64,000 nt of DNA from an uncultured virus (IMG/VR IMGVR_UViG_3300037245_004243) (taxonomy: Duplodnaviria > Heunggongvirae > Uroviricota > Caudoviricetes), in IMG/VR virus record IMGVR_UViG_3300037245_004243, positions 32,001-96,000 of that record; one strand, 5' to 3'. Under the pieces are notes generated by a model. It worked only from the letters and a program-made list of their open reading frames with translations. It was not told where the DNA came from and did no database searches. The translations under genes and the position numbers were made by a program. Positions 45,090-55,827 of the stretch are shown here, piece after piece; position 1 is the stretch's first letter, and every line of letters starts with the position of its first letter.

Positions 45090-46172
45090 TTATTGATATC
45101 TAATAACATACATTGCACTGAAATTGTGCATTCTGGTTTCATTCCCGCCTGTTGTGCCGGTATTTATCGCAATACCACCACTTGACCACCCATCTTTTAC
45201 TTCGCCTCGGCTTTGATAGTTGGAATTATAAACCAAAAAACCCCCTGAACCAGCCGGGTCACTATGTTCATGCGAATCAAATTCATCATTCTGCATCGAG
45301 CCCGGCTCATCCCCGGTAATCCCGCCATTATCAGCATAACGTGATGCCCGATCAGGATCCCTTGAATTACCATTGGCAAACCCTCGCGCTACCCGGCCTC
45401 TGAAATCCGGCAAATAAAAGTCCCCGCCGTTATCCCCGAATCTGGTCCCAATCGAAAAAGGCTGACCAGTATACAGTGCCGCATAAGTGGTTTTATTTAT
45501 TGACGCACCATTACATTCCAGATAATTTGTTGGTGGTGTATTCCCGGCCACATATAAGGAAATGTGCCCGATTAAATCCCCAAGTCCGGTATGGATTGAT
45601 GGTTCATCATTATTTATTTCAGAATGAAGGATGTTCGCCATCAGATTAGCGCCGATATCGACAGAAACAACACCCGCCGAGCCACCAGTTTTCCACAATA
45701 GCCTACCGACTGGACTTCCATTCGGTGTCACGGTAAGTTCACCTGAAATTGTGGATGCATAAACTATGTCACCATCCAATGATGCCGGAATATTCTGATG
45801 ATGTACCAACCCGCCGCTAATAACTCGCCCATTTGTTACATCGGCAATACCCGCAGCAGGATATAATGGATCGCCTATATATGCGGATAATTTTTCATAT
45901 AGTCCAGTTCCGTTGACATAATAAACGACATCACCATTTGCTGCCGTGCCGAAACTGGCAGTGACATCATTATTTTGCCCGGCAAACTGATGTTCAGCGC
46001 CAGCCACATACATTCCGTTTCCGTCAAGGACAGTTTTTATCCGCGCCGTCCGGTTTGTCAATTCAAGAGAAGATCGATTATCAACACCACCAACACCACC
46101 AATACAAGGGTCAATCGTTTCAAGTTGATAAATCCCACTTTCCCATTGTGAAACTTCAATATGATCAGCCAT
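45090..46172 (-). CDS. tail fibre protein with tail-collar domain
   Basis: W..GIYQLET.DP..GG..G..N....L.NRT; G.I..Y....PP..YLECNG....K..Y..L, F.LPDFRG; GGNETR..N. Confidence 0.85.
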   Translation of the reverse strand: MADHIEVSQWESGIYQLETIDPCIGGVGGVDNRSSLELTNRTARIKTVLDGNGMYVAGAEHQFAGQNNDVTASFGTAANGDVVYYVNGTGLYEKLSAYIGDPLYPAAGIADVTNGRVISGGLVHHQNIPASLDGDIVYASTISGELTVTPNGSPVGRLLWKTGGSAGVVSVDIGANLMANILHSEINNDEPSIHTGLGDLIGHISLYVAGNTPPTNYLECNGASINKTTYAALYTGQPFSIGTRFGDNGGDFYLPDFRGRVARGFANGNSRDPDRASRYADNGGITGDEPGSMQNDEFDSHEHSDPAGSGGFLVYNSNYQSRGEVKDGWSSGGIAINTGTTGGNETRMHNFSAMYVIRYQ

Positions 46173-46213
46173 AAATTTTACCTTTTTAAAATATAGTTTT
46201 ACTTAATAACTAT

Positions 46214-47821
46214 TTACCCATTTGTGCGAGTCCAAATTTCGGCTCGAGGTCCTGTTCCACCGAATAATTTCCCATTGCCATAGGCCATAGAGATAAATGA
46301 GTCTTCATCATTAAAATCGTCTTTGTCAATCGCCCAAGTTGAACCACCATCCTCTGATACCATTACCGCGCCAACGCTACCCCCGCCTAAATAGGTAAAT
46401 GTATCGCCTGGATTGTAAACCAAACAGGGAATTGATGAGATATACGGCTCCACAATTTCCAACCGAATCTTTTCAATCCAATTTGCACCGGCATCTATTG
46501 ATGTCCAGATACGACCATCGTTTCCGGTCGCCGCGATTAGTATATCTCTGGATGTATCAATGGCAAGACGGGTGTTAATTGTATTTGCCTGAAGACTGAG
46601 GAAGTCGATAACTTTCGTCCAATTTGCACCGGCATCATCAGACTGCCAGACCTGCGCTCTGCCGCTTGTTCCGAGATACATTCTATCTCTGACCGAATCA
46701 TAAACGAAAGTTTCGATGCCATCAACAAACGGTTCTGCTATATGGAAATCTCTATTTAATGTCCAATTGGCGCCCTGATCAATGGATTGATAAAGGTTCG
46801 CGCCCCAATTTCCTATGCTATCACTTAGGCCACAATAAAGGATATCGGCAACTGGATCATACCCAATTCGTCCACTAACAAACTGAAATATGCCTATGCC
46901 CTGGTCCATACTAAGAGTCCACGTTACGCCCTGATCGGTACTTTTATAAACTAAACCATATGGATATGCACAACAATACATGGCATCGTTTACTGAATCA
47001 TGGGTTAAGCTATGAATTGCAGTCGATGCTGTTGCTTCATTTGAAAGATCCCACATAAGCGCCCAAGTTGAACCACCATCACTACTTTTCCAAATTTGGG
47101 CATCCATCATTGTGGCAACATATTGTTCATCATTTGTAGAATCATATCCCGCCGCTGTGATGGAGCTCTGTGATGGATCTTCAACATAAAGTTGTCTTTC
47201 CATATTCCATGGTTCTAATGAGGGTGTATTTATTACAGGTGTATTCATAATAAACTCTATATTTGGGTTAACATTAGGCTCATACCGGGTAAGTGGATCA
47301 GCATCAATTTCAGAAGTTATGATGTGCCTGATTTGTGGAGCAAAAACAAAATTATTTTCTTTACATTGAAATATTGATACAACCCAATTGCCTTCGATGA
47401 TTATATCAGAATCCTTTGGTATTACCGGAATCTGTATTTTTCTCGAAAAGAGCTGCTCGTCACCGGAAAATAAACCGAATTCAGAAATATTTAATCCGTT
47501 TCCGTCTCCGGTATCCATCGAAATTTTATAATTGATGACATTTGGCGCATCAAATGTATAATAGTCGATATCCTTAATATAGGCATTTGTTAGCCCGGTA
47601 TCAGCTTTGTGGGTCATGGCCGTGCCATCACCAACGCCAACTTTTACAATTTTGTTGTTGCCCGGCTCGCCAGTCAATAAAAGGGTGATTAATTCTAATC
47701 CAGAAAGGGTGATTAAATTACTGTCAAGATATTCGCCTATTGGGATTTTTACCCCATAAACGATTCTGTAAACCCGAATATATAATCTTCCCTCCAGTGA
47801 AGCCCGGTCAAATATTTTCAT
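46214..47821 (-). CDS. baseplate-anchored protein with a BNR/Asp-box beta-propeller
   Basis: N-terminal domain shared with the next ORF; repeated S.D.G.(T/N)W boxes. Confidence 0.75.
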   Translation of the reverse strand: MKIFDRASLEGRLYIRVYRIVYGVKIPIGEYLDSNLITLSGLELITLLLTGEPGNNKIVKVGVGDGTAMTHKADTGLTNAYIKDIDYYTFDAPNVINYKISMDTGDGNGLNISEFGLFSGDEQLFSRKIQIPVIPKDSDIIIEGNWVVSIFQCKENNFVFAPQIRHIITSEIDADPLTRYEPNVNPNIEFIMNTPVINTPSLEPWNMERQLYVEDPSQSSITAAGYDSTNDEQYVATMMDAQIWKSSDGGSTWALMWDLSNEATASTAIHSLTHDSVNDAMYCCAYPYGLVYKSTDQGVTWTLSMDQGIGIFQFVSGRIGYDPVADILYCGLSDSIGNWGANLYQSIDQGANWTLNRDFHIAEPFVDGIETFVYDSVRDRMYLGTSGRAQVWQSDDAGANWTKVIDFLSLQANTINTRLAIDTSRDILIAATGNDGRIWTSIDAGANWIEKIRLEIVEPYISSIPCLVYNPGDTFTYLGGGSVGAVMVSEDGGSTWAIDKDDFNDEDSFISMAYGNGKLFGGTGPRAEIWTRTNG

Positions 47822-47831
47822 TTATTTCCCT

Positions 47832-49106
47832 TTATGGTAATAATATATCGCTTATACCATCATATCTTCTGCATAAATTATTGAATTGACCACTCGTTTC
47901 TGTACCCATCATCCACATATTTCCCTGTGGATCAAGCTGAATACCGTATTTGCCTATTGTATAAGAATTGAAATCAATTTCATCCAATTGGGCCGTGGAA
48001 CCTTGTCCTGGAGTTTCCAAGTAATCATATTTGCGTAAATCTGTATCATCGACAAATGGATCGACAACCCAAATATGATTATTTGGTATGTCTAAAATGC
48101 TATAACTCATCGCATTCGAATGATCGATTAATTTACCATGATATCCACCATTATATAATGAACCATCTGGATAATTGTATACAACCAAATAATTATAATA
48201 TCCAGAAACCCAACCAACACCAACCCCAACGAGCAGATTTCGTTGTGTATCTACCTGCATCGAATTTACCTGAGTTAAACCAGATGGTTGAACAAGATGA
48301 ATATCTAAAACTATATTTTCCGTGAATCCATCGAGTTCTATCCAGTGAATGTTGCTGTCCGATTCCCTCATCAATAAACATAGACGATTTGTACCACTAT
48401 TCCATGTTATACTGGCAAGATTCCAGGATGTATACCCGGCAGGATATCCAATCGAATCAAGTATGACATTTGACATACCATCCAGTTTCCATATTGTATT
48501 GGAAGTGGAATTATGAGTGTACAAATTAAATTGATCATCTATCGCCATCCCACGTTGACTGCCACTCATACCAAAAGGAGGATCTTGTAATAAAACTGGA
48601 GAATCATATTCCTTCGGGTAAAAATTTGGATCATTTATTGCAAAATCCAAATATGCTGAAGATGAAAATGTTGTTTTCTTGCATTCCTGTACCCAAACAG
48701 TCCAATACCCAAACAAGGTAATAGAATCATCTTTTGGAATAGCCACTGATCGAATTTTCCGGGAAAAAAGCTGCTCACCTTCAGAAAATAAACCAAATTC
48801 AGAAATATTCATTCCGTTTGCTTCATCGACATCGATTGAAAAATGCCATTGAACAACGGATTGCTCAAGCAAAGTGTGCCCGGTAACCGGTTTGATATAA
48901 AGATTTGATAGACCTGTATCAGAAAGCACCGGAAGCGAATTATTATCGCCGACGCCGATTTTTGTGATAATGTTATTGCCGGGTTCACCGGTCAACAAAA
49001 AGGCGATTAATTGTTTGCCTGACATCGTAATTAAATTATGGTCATCAAACCCACCAATTATCTTGCCGTCCTGAACAATATCTAATTTTAGTCTACCTTT
49101 TATCAT
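47832..49106 (-). CDS. baseplate-anchored protein with a different propeller-like C-terminus
   Basis: NLIT.SG..LI..LLTGEPGNN.I.K.GVGD...NISEFGLFS..EQLFSRKI is shared with 46214-47821. Confidence 0.7.
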   Translation of the reverse strand: MIKGRLKLDIVQDGKIIGGFDDHNLITMSGKQLIAFLLTGEPGNNIITKIGVGDNNSLPVLSDTGLSNLYIKPVTGHTLLEQSVVQWHFSIDVDEANGMNISEFGLFSEGEQLFSRKIRSVAIPKDDSITLFGYWTVWVQECKKTTFSSSAYLDFAINDPNFYPKEYDSPVLLQDPPFGMSGSQRGMAIDDQFNLYTHNSTSNTIWKLDGMSNVILDSIGYPAGYTSWNLASITWNSGTNRLCLLMRESDSNIHWIELDGFTENIVLDIHLVQPSGLTQVNSMQVDTQRNLLVGVGVGWVSGYYNYLVVYNYPDGSLYNGGYHGKLIDHSNAMSYSILDIPNNHIWVVDPFVDDTDLRKYDYLETPGQGSTAQLDEIDFNSYTIGKYGIQLDPQGNMWMMGTETSGQFNNLCRRYDGISDILLP

Positions 49107-49114
49107 TTTTACCT

Positions 49115-51481
49115 TTAATGAAAACTTATTTCGTCGGCTGATCGCACTATAAAATTATACAAACGCGCATCAACAAATGATGTCACGAGATCGGATTTAA
49201 ATCGAATTACCGGGGTGACAGCAGGAGTATAACAACTCATATCCCCTCTGGCCGTTTGTTGCCATCCACCCGCACCCAAATTAGAACCTTCATCCCAAAA
49301 ATAAGACTTTGCTACACTTCCAACCCTTGTATATCTCATTTTTCCGATAGTACCTTCAGCATAATTATAACTATTTCCACCATTATTCAAATTGGTTCTG
49401 GTATGATACGCATATTTTGAATCGTCTGGTGTTAGCCAATCATAATTGTTAAGGCTAATGTTCATAGATAATCCAGTTGGTGAATGGTATGCGGAGACAC
49501 CAATTTTTATATATGAATCCGCCGCCTGGCTATCTAAAGAATACCATTCATAATTCCATTGTAAATCGAAGTCACCGATAAGGTCAAAATTTGCATAATA
49601 TCCTGCGTATTCGTCACCCATTGAAGTAAAACGTATACTATTCTCAAATATCGACGCTGAATCGCCATCATTTTCCCAATTGGTCCAATTTACAGGTTGT
49701 GTGCCATCTTCACCGGGGAAAGTATCCTGGTGAATTGGACTAACAAATTCAGCATCAGGTATGCTATAAACGATATCGGATTGTGAAGCAAATTCCCCTA
49801 AATAAGGCACGTCCGCGCACGATCCTTCCACTACTAAATTATCAAAATAAACGTCTTGCTGCGGATTATATGGTGACGCATTATAGCACCTTAATCGAAG
49901 AAAAACCGGGTCATTTGTCACGATTTTATCCCCGGTATATGACGTTGTCATTACCCAACCGGCAGCACTATTCCACGCCCAAGTTTCAACAGTCTGTCCA
50001 TATCTTATAAGTCTAAATTTTCCTACATTATGCCCGCCCCATGGTGTATGAACAATACGAAGATTTGCGCCATCACTATGAACAACAGAATAAAGTTCAT
50101 GTGGATTTTCGCCGCCGGTTAATTGCTGATAAAAATAATGTGCCCCACCGCCAGCACTTGAATGACGCCACGCTTCTAATAATATATGCCAGGAATTCCA
50201 TGGTTCTGTCGGGGTAACTAATGAATAATCTACCGTCGCCGTAAAATCACCGGCTAATCCATATATTGTCCATGCTCTCGAAACGGAGATTGCCCCGGTT
50301 AAATTCAAAAAAAGTTGATTGGATTGGATGGAAGCATCCCCGAATATTTCCCATCTTGACTCATCTGGCGGATCATCGTTATTCCCGTCAAAATCGTCAT
50401 TGAATGCGATTGGGCAAACCGTGACCACTAAATAACCATAGTCTGATTCAATTGGAGGTCCGCCATTTGAAATCACACAATAATAGATATCGGTATCATC
50501 CTCGGTTGCGCCGGTAATCGTTAATGTATCGGTGATCTCACCTGGAATTGCACCAGAGCCGTTATACCACTGCCAAGAAGTCGGTGACGGTCCAGCATCT
50601 ACCGTAAAAACCCAAGTATCATCACCAGGTACGGAAGTAAGATGACCCCCCAATGGATCTTGATAAACTTCAAGCGCACCTGGAGTAAATGCCGATATTA
50701 TACCGGATGTTATCGCTGCATTTGAGGTAAAATATTTAGGTTCTGCTGCACAATTGATAGGATCAGATTTGGTATACCCGCCATTATGATAAAATGTGAC
50801 TTCCCCTCCCTCAACGGTCATAACGCCATCATGGTTCCATTTCCCATTATGGTATGCGCCCCAATGAACATCCAATTCAAAACAGTCAAACCCGGTCATA
50901 TAATCTTGAAAAAGGACTTCCATCAAAAATAGCTGAATCCACCCGGCTGGATGAACTTCTTTAATAAGTTCTTTCAGGTTCGATAGATTTGTGTTATCGA
51001 TTTTAAAAATATATGTGAATGGCCGGGTCGGGTCATTATTTGTTAACCACCAGTCTGGCTTTTCGACCAAGTCAATGGTCATATCATCAATATTGATATC
51101 TCCGGAATCAGTCGGGATGGAAAAGTCGGTGAAAGAATTAAAAAAGAATCCGTAAGACGTCTTGGTAGCTTTCAAATTTCCTATCAGTTTTGAGAGCGAT
51201 ATAAATAGCCGTTTATTGTCATCGTTTAAACCAAATTTATTTATATCGATGACATCTTTGAAATAAAGGTTGAGAAATTCATCCAGCAGTTCAGAATACA
51301 TCGTATTGGCGTCAACATTATCAGTAATATTCAAAGATTTATTTAATGGATGTTCATCCAAAAATTCCAGGTATACCCGAATCAATTCCCTCCATTTTGG
51401 ATGCTGACTTTTGATAAATGGCAGCACCAGGGAATCTATCATATACTGGATTTTTTTATATTCGTTGAGTAAAACGGCCAT
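49115..51481 (-). CDS. baseplate wedge gp7-like N-terminus plus Ig-like and lectin-like domains
   Basis: FI...HP...E....Y.EFL, KAT..SY.FFF, K..HPAG; WQWY...D...YYC.IS Ig motif. Confidence 0.65.
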   Translation of the reverse strand: MAVLLNEYKKIQYMIDSLVLPFIKSQHPKWRELIRVYLEFLDEHPLNKSLNITDNVDANTMYSELLDEFLNLYFKDVIDINKFGLNDDNKRLFISLSKLIGNLKATKTSYGFFFNSFTDFSIPTDSGDINIDDMTIDLVEKPDWWLTNNDPTRPFTYIFKIDNTNLSNLKELIKEVHPAGWIQLFLMEVLFQDYMTGFDCFELDVHWGAYHNGKWNHDGVMTVEGGEVTFYHNGGYTKSDPINCAAEPKYFTSNAAITSGIISAFTPGALEVYQDPLGGHLTSVPGDDTWVFTVDAGPSPTSWQWYNGSGAIPGEITDTLTITGATEDDTDIYYCVISNGGPPIESDYGYLVVTVCPIAFNDDFDGNNDDPPDESRWEIFGDASIQSNQLFLNLTGAISVSRAWTIYGLAGDFTATVDYSLVTPTEPWNSWHILLEAWRHSSAGGGAHYFYQQLTGGENPHELYSVVHSDGANLRIVHTPWGGHNVGKFRLIRYGQTVETWAWNSAAGWVMTTSYTGDKIVTNDPVFLRLRCYNASPYNPQQDVYFDNLVVEGSCADVPYLGEFASQSDIVYSIPDAEFVSPIHQDTFPGEDGTQPVNWTNWENDGDSASIFENSIRFTSMGDEYAGYYANFDLIGDFDLQWNYEWYSLDSQAADSYIKIGVSAYHSPTGLSMNISLNNYDWLTPDDSKYAYHTRTNLNNGGNSYNYAEGTIGKMRYTRVGSVAKSYFWDEGSNLGAGGWQQTARGDMSCYTPAVTPVIRFKSDLVTSFVDARLYNFIVRSADEISFH

Positions 51482-53679
51482 TAATTAGTCTCCGTATAAG
51501 TCTCAGCATTCAAAATAATCGAATCAAATTTCATAAAGGTTTCACGGTTCAATTCCACTGTCCGGTCGGATGTATAAGTGAAATCCAAATCATATGTGCT
51601 ATCTGCCGCCAAACCAAAAGAGACATTATCATCCTGATTTATAATCATATGCCCGGTTGTGTAAGTTATAGATCCGATTTCGTCCCCGTCCCAAAATAAA
51701 AGACCTGAGCCGTTATCAGTCAGCATGTTTCCATTTACTAATCCGGTCACAGAGAGTGGGTCGACAGCCGCGCCCAATCTGATGGCCACATACCCGCTAT
51801 CCTTTACGGTAACCCGCGAGGCAAAAGTGATTGTAGTATCGACGACTTCATCTATTGAATCGACAAATTTAATCAGATTGGAAAGATGAAATGTTTTATT
51901 GAAACCTTCCAAATTATCATCCAGATAAGTATCGATCTGCTCGGCAATATCTTCAGTGTTAAGATTTAACACCGACTCATGGGTAATATTTACAGTCGGG
52001 GAAAAATGCACAATTTGTGGCTGCAGAAATCTGTAAAATATTGCGATAATCTTGGTAATATTCAAAAAGGCGATTATGTCCGCTATCTCGGTATCGTCAA
52101 GATATGAAAAATCGTCTTTGAGTGCCGTGCAATAAACGTGCCCAACATCGACATAAGGAAATTCTTTTGTTGGCCAGCTTTCTACCAACCTTTTAAAATA
52201 AAGACCGCCGCCCAGGTCAACCTCTTCGACATATTCCAGTTCCCCGCCCCATAAAAAGGCATCAAAAAATGTATCATATTTTGAATAGCGTTTTATTAAA
52301 ATATTGTGATCGTCTTGGGTGACTGCCCGGTTTTGTGTCGTGTAAAATAATGGTGCATTTTGCCGGATAGAATCAATGCTCTCTTGCTCTGTTCCATTTT
52401 CCAAGGCGCCCAAAATTGTCAGTGTAAGCTCATCATAATTGGTGACTGAGGAATCAATTGATACCGCCGCCGCATTTCCATTCACGATATCACCGGCAGT
52501 TTTAACATAAATAATCCGGATCTGATCATTTACAGTAGGAATTTGAAATCGTTGTGAATCCCCAAATTTTATAATCAGGTCATCAAAATGATTTATATAA
52601 TAACCGGGATCGTTCAATTCGAATGTTTCTCTGTTGACATTTATCCAGGGAGTTGTGGATGTAATAAATCCCCCTACGCCATCCGGAGAATCCACAAAAA
52701 CATTTAATTCATCGTTCTCGACCTCATCCCGATAATCCAGAGTATATTCCTGAAAATTGCCGCCAGTGGCTATCCAATTTTGCTCTGTTACAACGCCCTC
52801 ATAAAGTCGAACTTCATGAATTTCATTATCGTTTATGATAACGTCTTCAAAATTGGTCAGGTTCAATGAGCCCATCACAAATGGAGAATATTTATTTATT
52901 GTAATCGATAGGTTACGCGTTAATCGGCATTCATCAAAATAGACGCTTTCGTCTACAACGCTATTTCCTGCGCCCAGTGTGAAGTACGTGACAGCGTTTG
53001 TTGCAGTAAAATTGACAGTCTTCAGGTACCAATTCCCGGCAATAGCGGAGAAGAATGTGGAGTCATGCAATTCCCCGGCCATATCGTTTGCATTACTGAT
53101 TAAGAGCCGCGCTATTTGTAATGCACCAGTTCGATATCGAAGAGTGAAGGTGTAATTTTTCCCTATGGAAGTTGCAAATGCCTGGGAGATTAATTTTGCT
53201 GACCCGACATCCTGGAAGATTTTTAAAACTGCATCTGCAGCATCGTGAGCTGAGGAGTTTCCACTATCATCCTCGATTGTGTATATGCCGTCGCTGACAC
53301 TGGTTGCCAAATCCCAATCTGTGGGAGGAGTAACCCCTGTCGCGCCGGTCCAGACTTCACCATTTAGGATATCATTGATTCGCTGAATGCCAGTCCAGAT
53401 GTATGCCGCCGACTTACGTTTCGGAATATAATTCAGAGTATTGGCAATTTTAAAAACATTGGTATCTATCTGAGCTGAATCAGGAAACAATTCATTGACC
53501 GACATATTCAGGTACATTTGCTGATACTGGATACCAAAAGTCATAACATCGAGTAATTGCGACAGCGCCGAACCTTCGAAATTGTAATCTTGGAAATCAG
53601 TATCAGAGCCGATGAATGCTTTAAATTGTTCCTTTAATTCGGCGAAATCGACATTATAAAAATTCTTTATATCGGCCAT
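51481..53679 (-). CDS. gp6: baseplate wedge subunit
   Basis: DF..LK......F.DYNFEGS.LS.LLD, NE.F.DSA, L.Y.P....AA, ESI.SIR..AP..Y.TQNRAVT.DD, WGGE. Confidence 0.92.
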   Translation of the reverse strand: MADIKNFYNVDFAELKEQFKAFIGSDTDFQDYNFEGSALSQLLDVMTFGIQYQQMYLNMSVNELFPDSAQIDTNVFKIANTLNYIPKRKSAAYIWTGIQRINDILNGEVWTGATGVTPPTDWDLATSVSDGIYTIEDDSGNSSAHDAADAVLKIFQDVGSAKLISQAFATSIGKNYTFTLRYRTGALQIARLLISNANDMAGELHDSTFFSAIAGNWYLKTVNFTATNAVTYFTLGAGNSVVDESVYFDECRLTRNLSITINKYSPFVMGSLNLTNFEDVIINDNEIHEVRLYEGVVTEQNWIATGGNFQEYTLDYRDEVENDELNVFVDSPDGVGGFITSTTPWINVNRETFELNDPGYYINHFDDLIIKFGDSQRFQIPTVNDQIRIIYVKTAGDIVNGNAAAVSIDSSVTNYDELTLTILGALENGTEQESIDSIRQNAPLFYTTQNRAVTQDDHNILIKRYSKYDTFFDAFLWGGELEYVEEVDLGGGLYFKRLVESWPTKEFPYVDVGHVYCTALKDDFSYLDDTEIADIIAFLNITKIIAIFYRFLQPQIVHFSPTVNITHESVLNLNTEDIAEQIDTYLDDNLEGFNKTFHLSNLIKFVDSIDEVVDTTITFASRVTVKDSGYVAIRLGAAVDPLSVTGLVNGNMLTDNGSGLLFWDGDEIGSITYTTGHMIINQDDNVSFGLAADSTYDLDFTYTSDRTVELNRETFMKFDSIILNAETYTETN

Positions 53680-53680
53680 C

Positions 53681-53899
53681 TTAATCCTCTATTTCGATTT
53701 TATAATCTGGAAAATTCTTTTTTGCAAATTTCGAGGCTTCCTCTGACGAATTAAATGATTTTTTTACAACCGGGTCGGGCTCATCTTTTTCATAAATAAA
53801 CCATTTGGAAGTCGTTTTGCTTATAACCAATGGATAATTCTTATCAGGTGTATAATTTAATTTTAACTGTGCCTCGAATAACTTTCTGAATGATTTCAT
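53681..53899 (-). CDS. putative internal head protein
   Basis: MKSFRKLFE|A, inserted between gp25 and gp6. Confidence 0.6.
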   Translation of the reverse strand: MKSFRKLFEAQLKLNYTPDKNYPLVISKTTSKWFIYEKDEPDPVVKKSFNSSEEASKFAKKNFPDYKIEIED

Positions 53900-53905
53900 A
53901 ATTTC

Positions 53906-54289
53906 CTATGATAGTACTGACAAATTGATTGTTAATTCTTCGGTAATATTTAAACTGATAATCGAGTATGTAATCGAAACTTTTATTTTATGATTGTTGG
54001 GATCACTATTAATGACGATTGAATCGATTGAAACCCTCGGCTCCCAGTTTGTGATCGCAAACTCAATCTCCTCTTCTAAACTGGAAATTGTGAATGGGTT
54101 TATTTTTTCAAAAAGTAGGTCGGCAGTTGCCGCACCGAAAATGGGATTCTGAAATTTTGTTTTTGTGCCAATTTTAGTCAAAATAATGGTCTGCAGGGAT
54201 TGCTTAATAGAATCCACATCCTCTTTTAATACGAGATCTCCGAACTCATCAATATCTAAATCATATGGGATATCTGAATAAATCGACAT
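53906..54289 (-). CDS. gp25: baseplate wedge / sheath initiator
   Basis: YSDI, D..SIKQSL..IILT..G....P.FG....LLFE, I..WEPRV. Confidence 0.92.
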   Translation of the reverse strand: MSIYSDIPYDLDIDEFGDLVLKEDVDSIKQSLQTIILTKIGTKTKFQNPIFGAATADLLFEKINPFTISSLEEEIEFAITNWEPRVSIDSIVINSDPNNHKIKVSITYSIISLNITEELTINLSVLS

Positions 54290-54309
54290 TTCTTACCTTT
54301 CAACTCTAT

Positions 54310-55068
54310 TTACGGAGACGCATATGGTTCATAATATGTGACGATGTCATCATATTTGGCTTTATTTAATGCCTGAACATCGCGCCCGGTCGTTATACTT
54401 GATATTCTGGTAAGCAACCCATATGTACCATTAAAGTCGATAGGATCATTTATATGGGAATATCCTGTTGTAAAGGCATTCTGGTCTTGGATTATCCCGG
54501 CATCTGAATCCCATCCAGTCCCATCATAGGCATAAACTACCTCACAGCGCTCGACGGTATTTAATGGATTTGGGAGTGCCGTTTCGCCTGGATCTAAATT
54601 CACAGTCACGCTACCCGCCACAGCAGGGGGATCAGGTCCAGGAATAGGCGCAACAATTACTTGACCGATGATAGTTCTTTCGATATCACCGGGCTGGCAT
54701 TTCACCTTTGTGCCAACTGTAAAAGAAGGGAATGACATCCCTGAAAATTGAAAACTGTTATCGCTGAGTCTGTCGAAAATACCGGGACCATTAATTGGAT
54801 TTCCATCATACGCCCAAATATTCCAAGACGAAATTGAGGTACTGGTATAATAAGTTTTAATTGATTGCCAATTATTTAGAGCCCGTTTTGCTTCTAATCT
54901 GCTATCAAGAGAGGTCTGTGCCGCGCCCATTACACCATCAGTTATGGTCGTGATTTCATCATTTAATGAAACAAGTTCAGCATCTAATCTGTCGACCATT
55001 ATCGCCAAATTTGATGCTATCACGGTATATTCATCAACTAAAATTCTGAGGTCTTCGGCTGTTGTCAT
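54310..55068 (-). CDS. hypothetical virion protein
   Basis: Coiled-coil N-terminus; likely start ATG 55068 (ATGA overlap). Confidence 0.65.
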   Translation of the reverse strand: MTTAEDLRILVDEYTVIASNLAIMVDRLDAELVSLNDEITTITDGVMGAAQTSLDSRLEAKRALNNWQSIKTYYTSTSISSWNIWAYDGNPINGPGIFDRLSDNSFQFSGMSFPSFTVGTKVKCQPGDIERTIIGQVIVAPIPGPDPPAVAGSVTVNLDPGETALPNPLNTVERCEVVYAYDGTGWDSDAGIIQDQNAFTTGYSHINDPIDFNGTYGLLTRISSITTGRDVQALNKAKYDDIVTYYEPYASP

Positions 55069-55523
55069 ATCTCTTTTCCTTTTAGATACCAAGCACGACC
55101 ATTCGGAATATCAGTGATGACCCATTTTAAATTATTGGTCAAAATTTCTTGCTCCTCTGGATAAATTGACATCTGGCTTATATCTAAATAAGTTTTTGCT
55201 TTAATTTCGATGTAAACTGGTATCTCGCCGCCACCTGCAAAGGTACCTCTCCGGTTTTTATCTTTACTGAAAGCATTTAAACCCGTTTCAATTAGTTTAG
55301 AACCAACCTCCCACTCCCCATTTTCAACTATTTTTTGAACTTCGGATTCCTTTAAATGATATCCCCGGTATATCGTAATCGGTTTATTTCTCTTGATATT
55401 TTTTATGAGGAGTTTTTGATCAGACATCGAATATGGATATAAGGATGCATCTCCACCACCTTTCGCCGACCAAGCTTTTGCACTATCTATCAAACCCTCA
55501 AAAAGTTTTTTAAAAGTAATCAT
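55065..55523 (-). CDS. CTS-like leader plus R-S-E clade ADP-ribosyltransferase (Alt/VIP2-like)
   Basis: MITFKKLFE|G; IYRG...G.NAFS...S.YPEEQEIL. Confidence 0.7.
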   Translation of the reverse strand: MITFKKLFEGLIDSAKAWSAKGGGDASLYPYSMSDQKLLIKNIKRNKPITIYRGYHLKESEVQKIVENGEWEVGSKLIETGLNAFSKDKNRRGTFAGGGEIPVYIEIKAKTYLDISQMSIYPEEQEILTNNLKWVITDIPNGRAWYLKGKEI

Positions 55524-55826
55524 TTATCCCACCATTACATTTGCTGAACCATCGATAATAATCCCGGTAAAACATCCAATAAAAGTCTCGGACATTCTGG
55601 CAACCGGGAGCCCTTCTGCAACAACTGTGCCAGACCCACCAATTATTATTCCAAAATGGCCGTCGTCGCGCATAACAATATCGCTCATCCTGGCCACAGG
55701 CAAACCGTTCACCATTACGGTACCCGCGCCCTGGATAATTGTTCCGGACACATTGTGCTTTGTATCGTCGTGACAGGAATCGTCTCCCATTCCTATATCA
55801 GACATTCTGGCAGCAGGTAAACTCAT
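55524..55826 (-). CDS. PAAR spike-tip protein (gp5.4-like)
   Basis: LPAARMSD, LPVARMSD, LPVARMSE. Confidence 0.92.
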   Translation of the reverse strand: MSLPAARMSDIGMGDDSCHDDTKHNVSGTIIQGAGTVMVNGLPVARMSDIVMRDDGHFGIIIGGSGTVVAEGLPVARMSETFIGCFTGIIIDGSANVMVG

Positions 55827-55827
55827 A

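Noticed and set aside
46214-47821. MKIFDRASLE (and gp53 MKYFDL) as capsid-targeting leaders
   Set aside because: These are baseplate-type proteins lacking the (T/S)(F/Y)xxIL pattern; likely chance resemblance.
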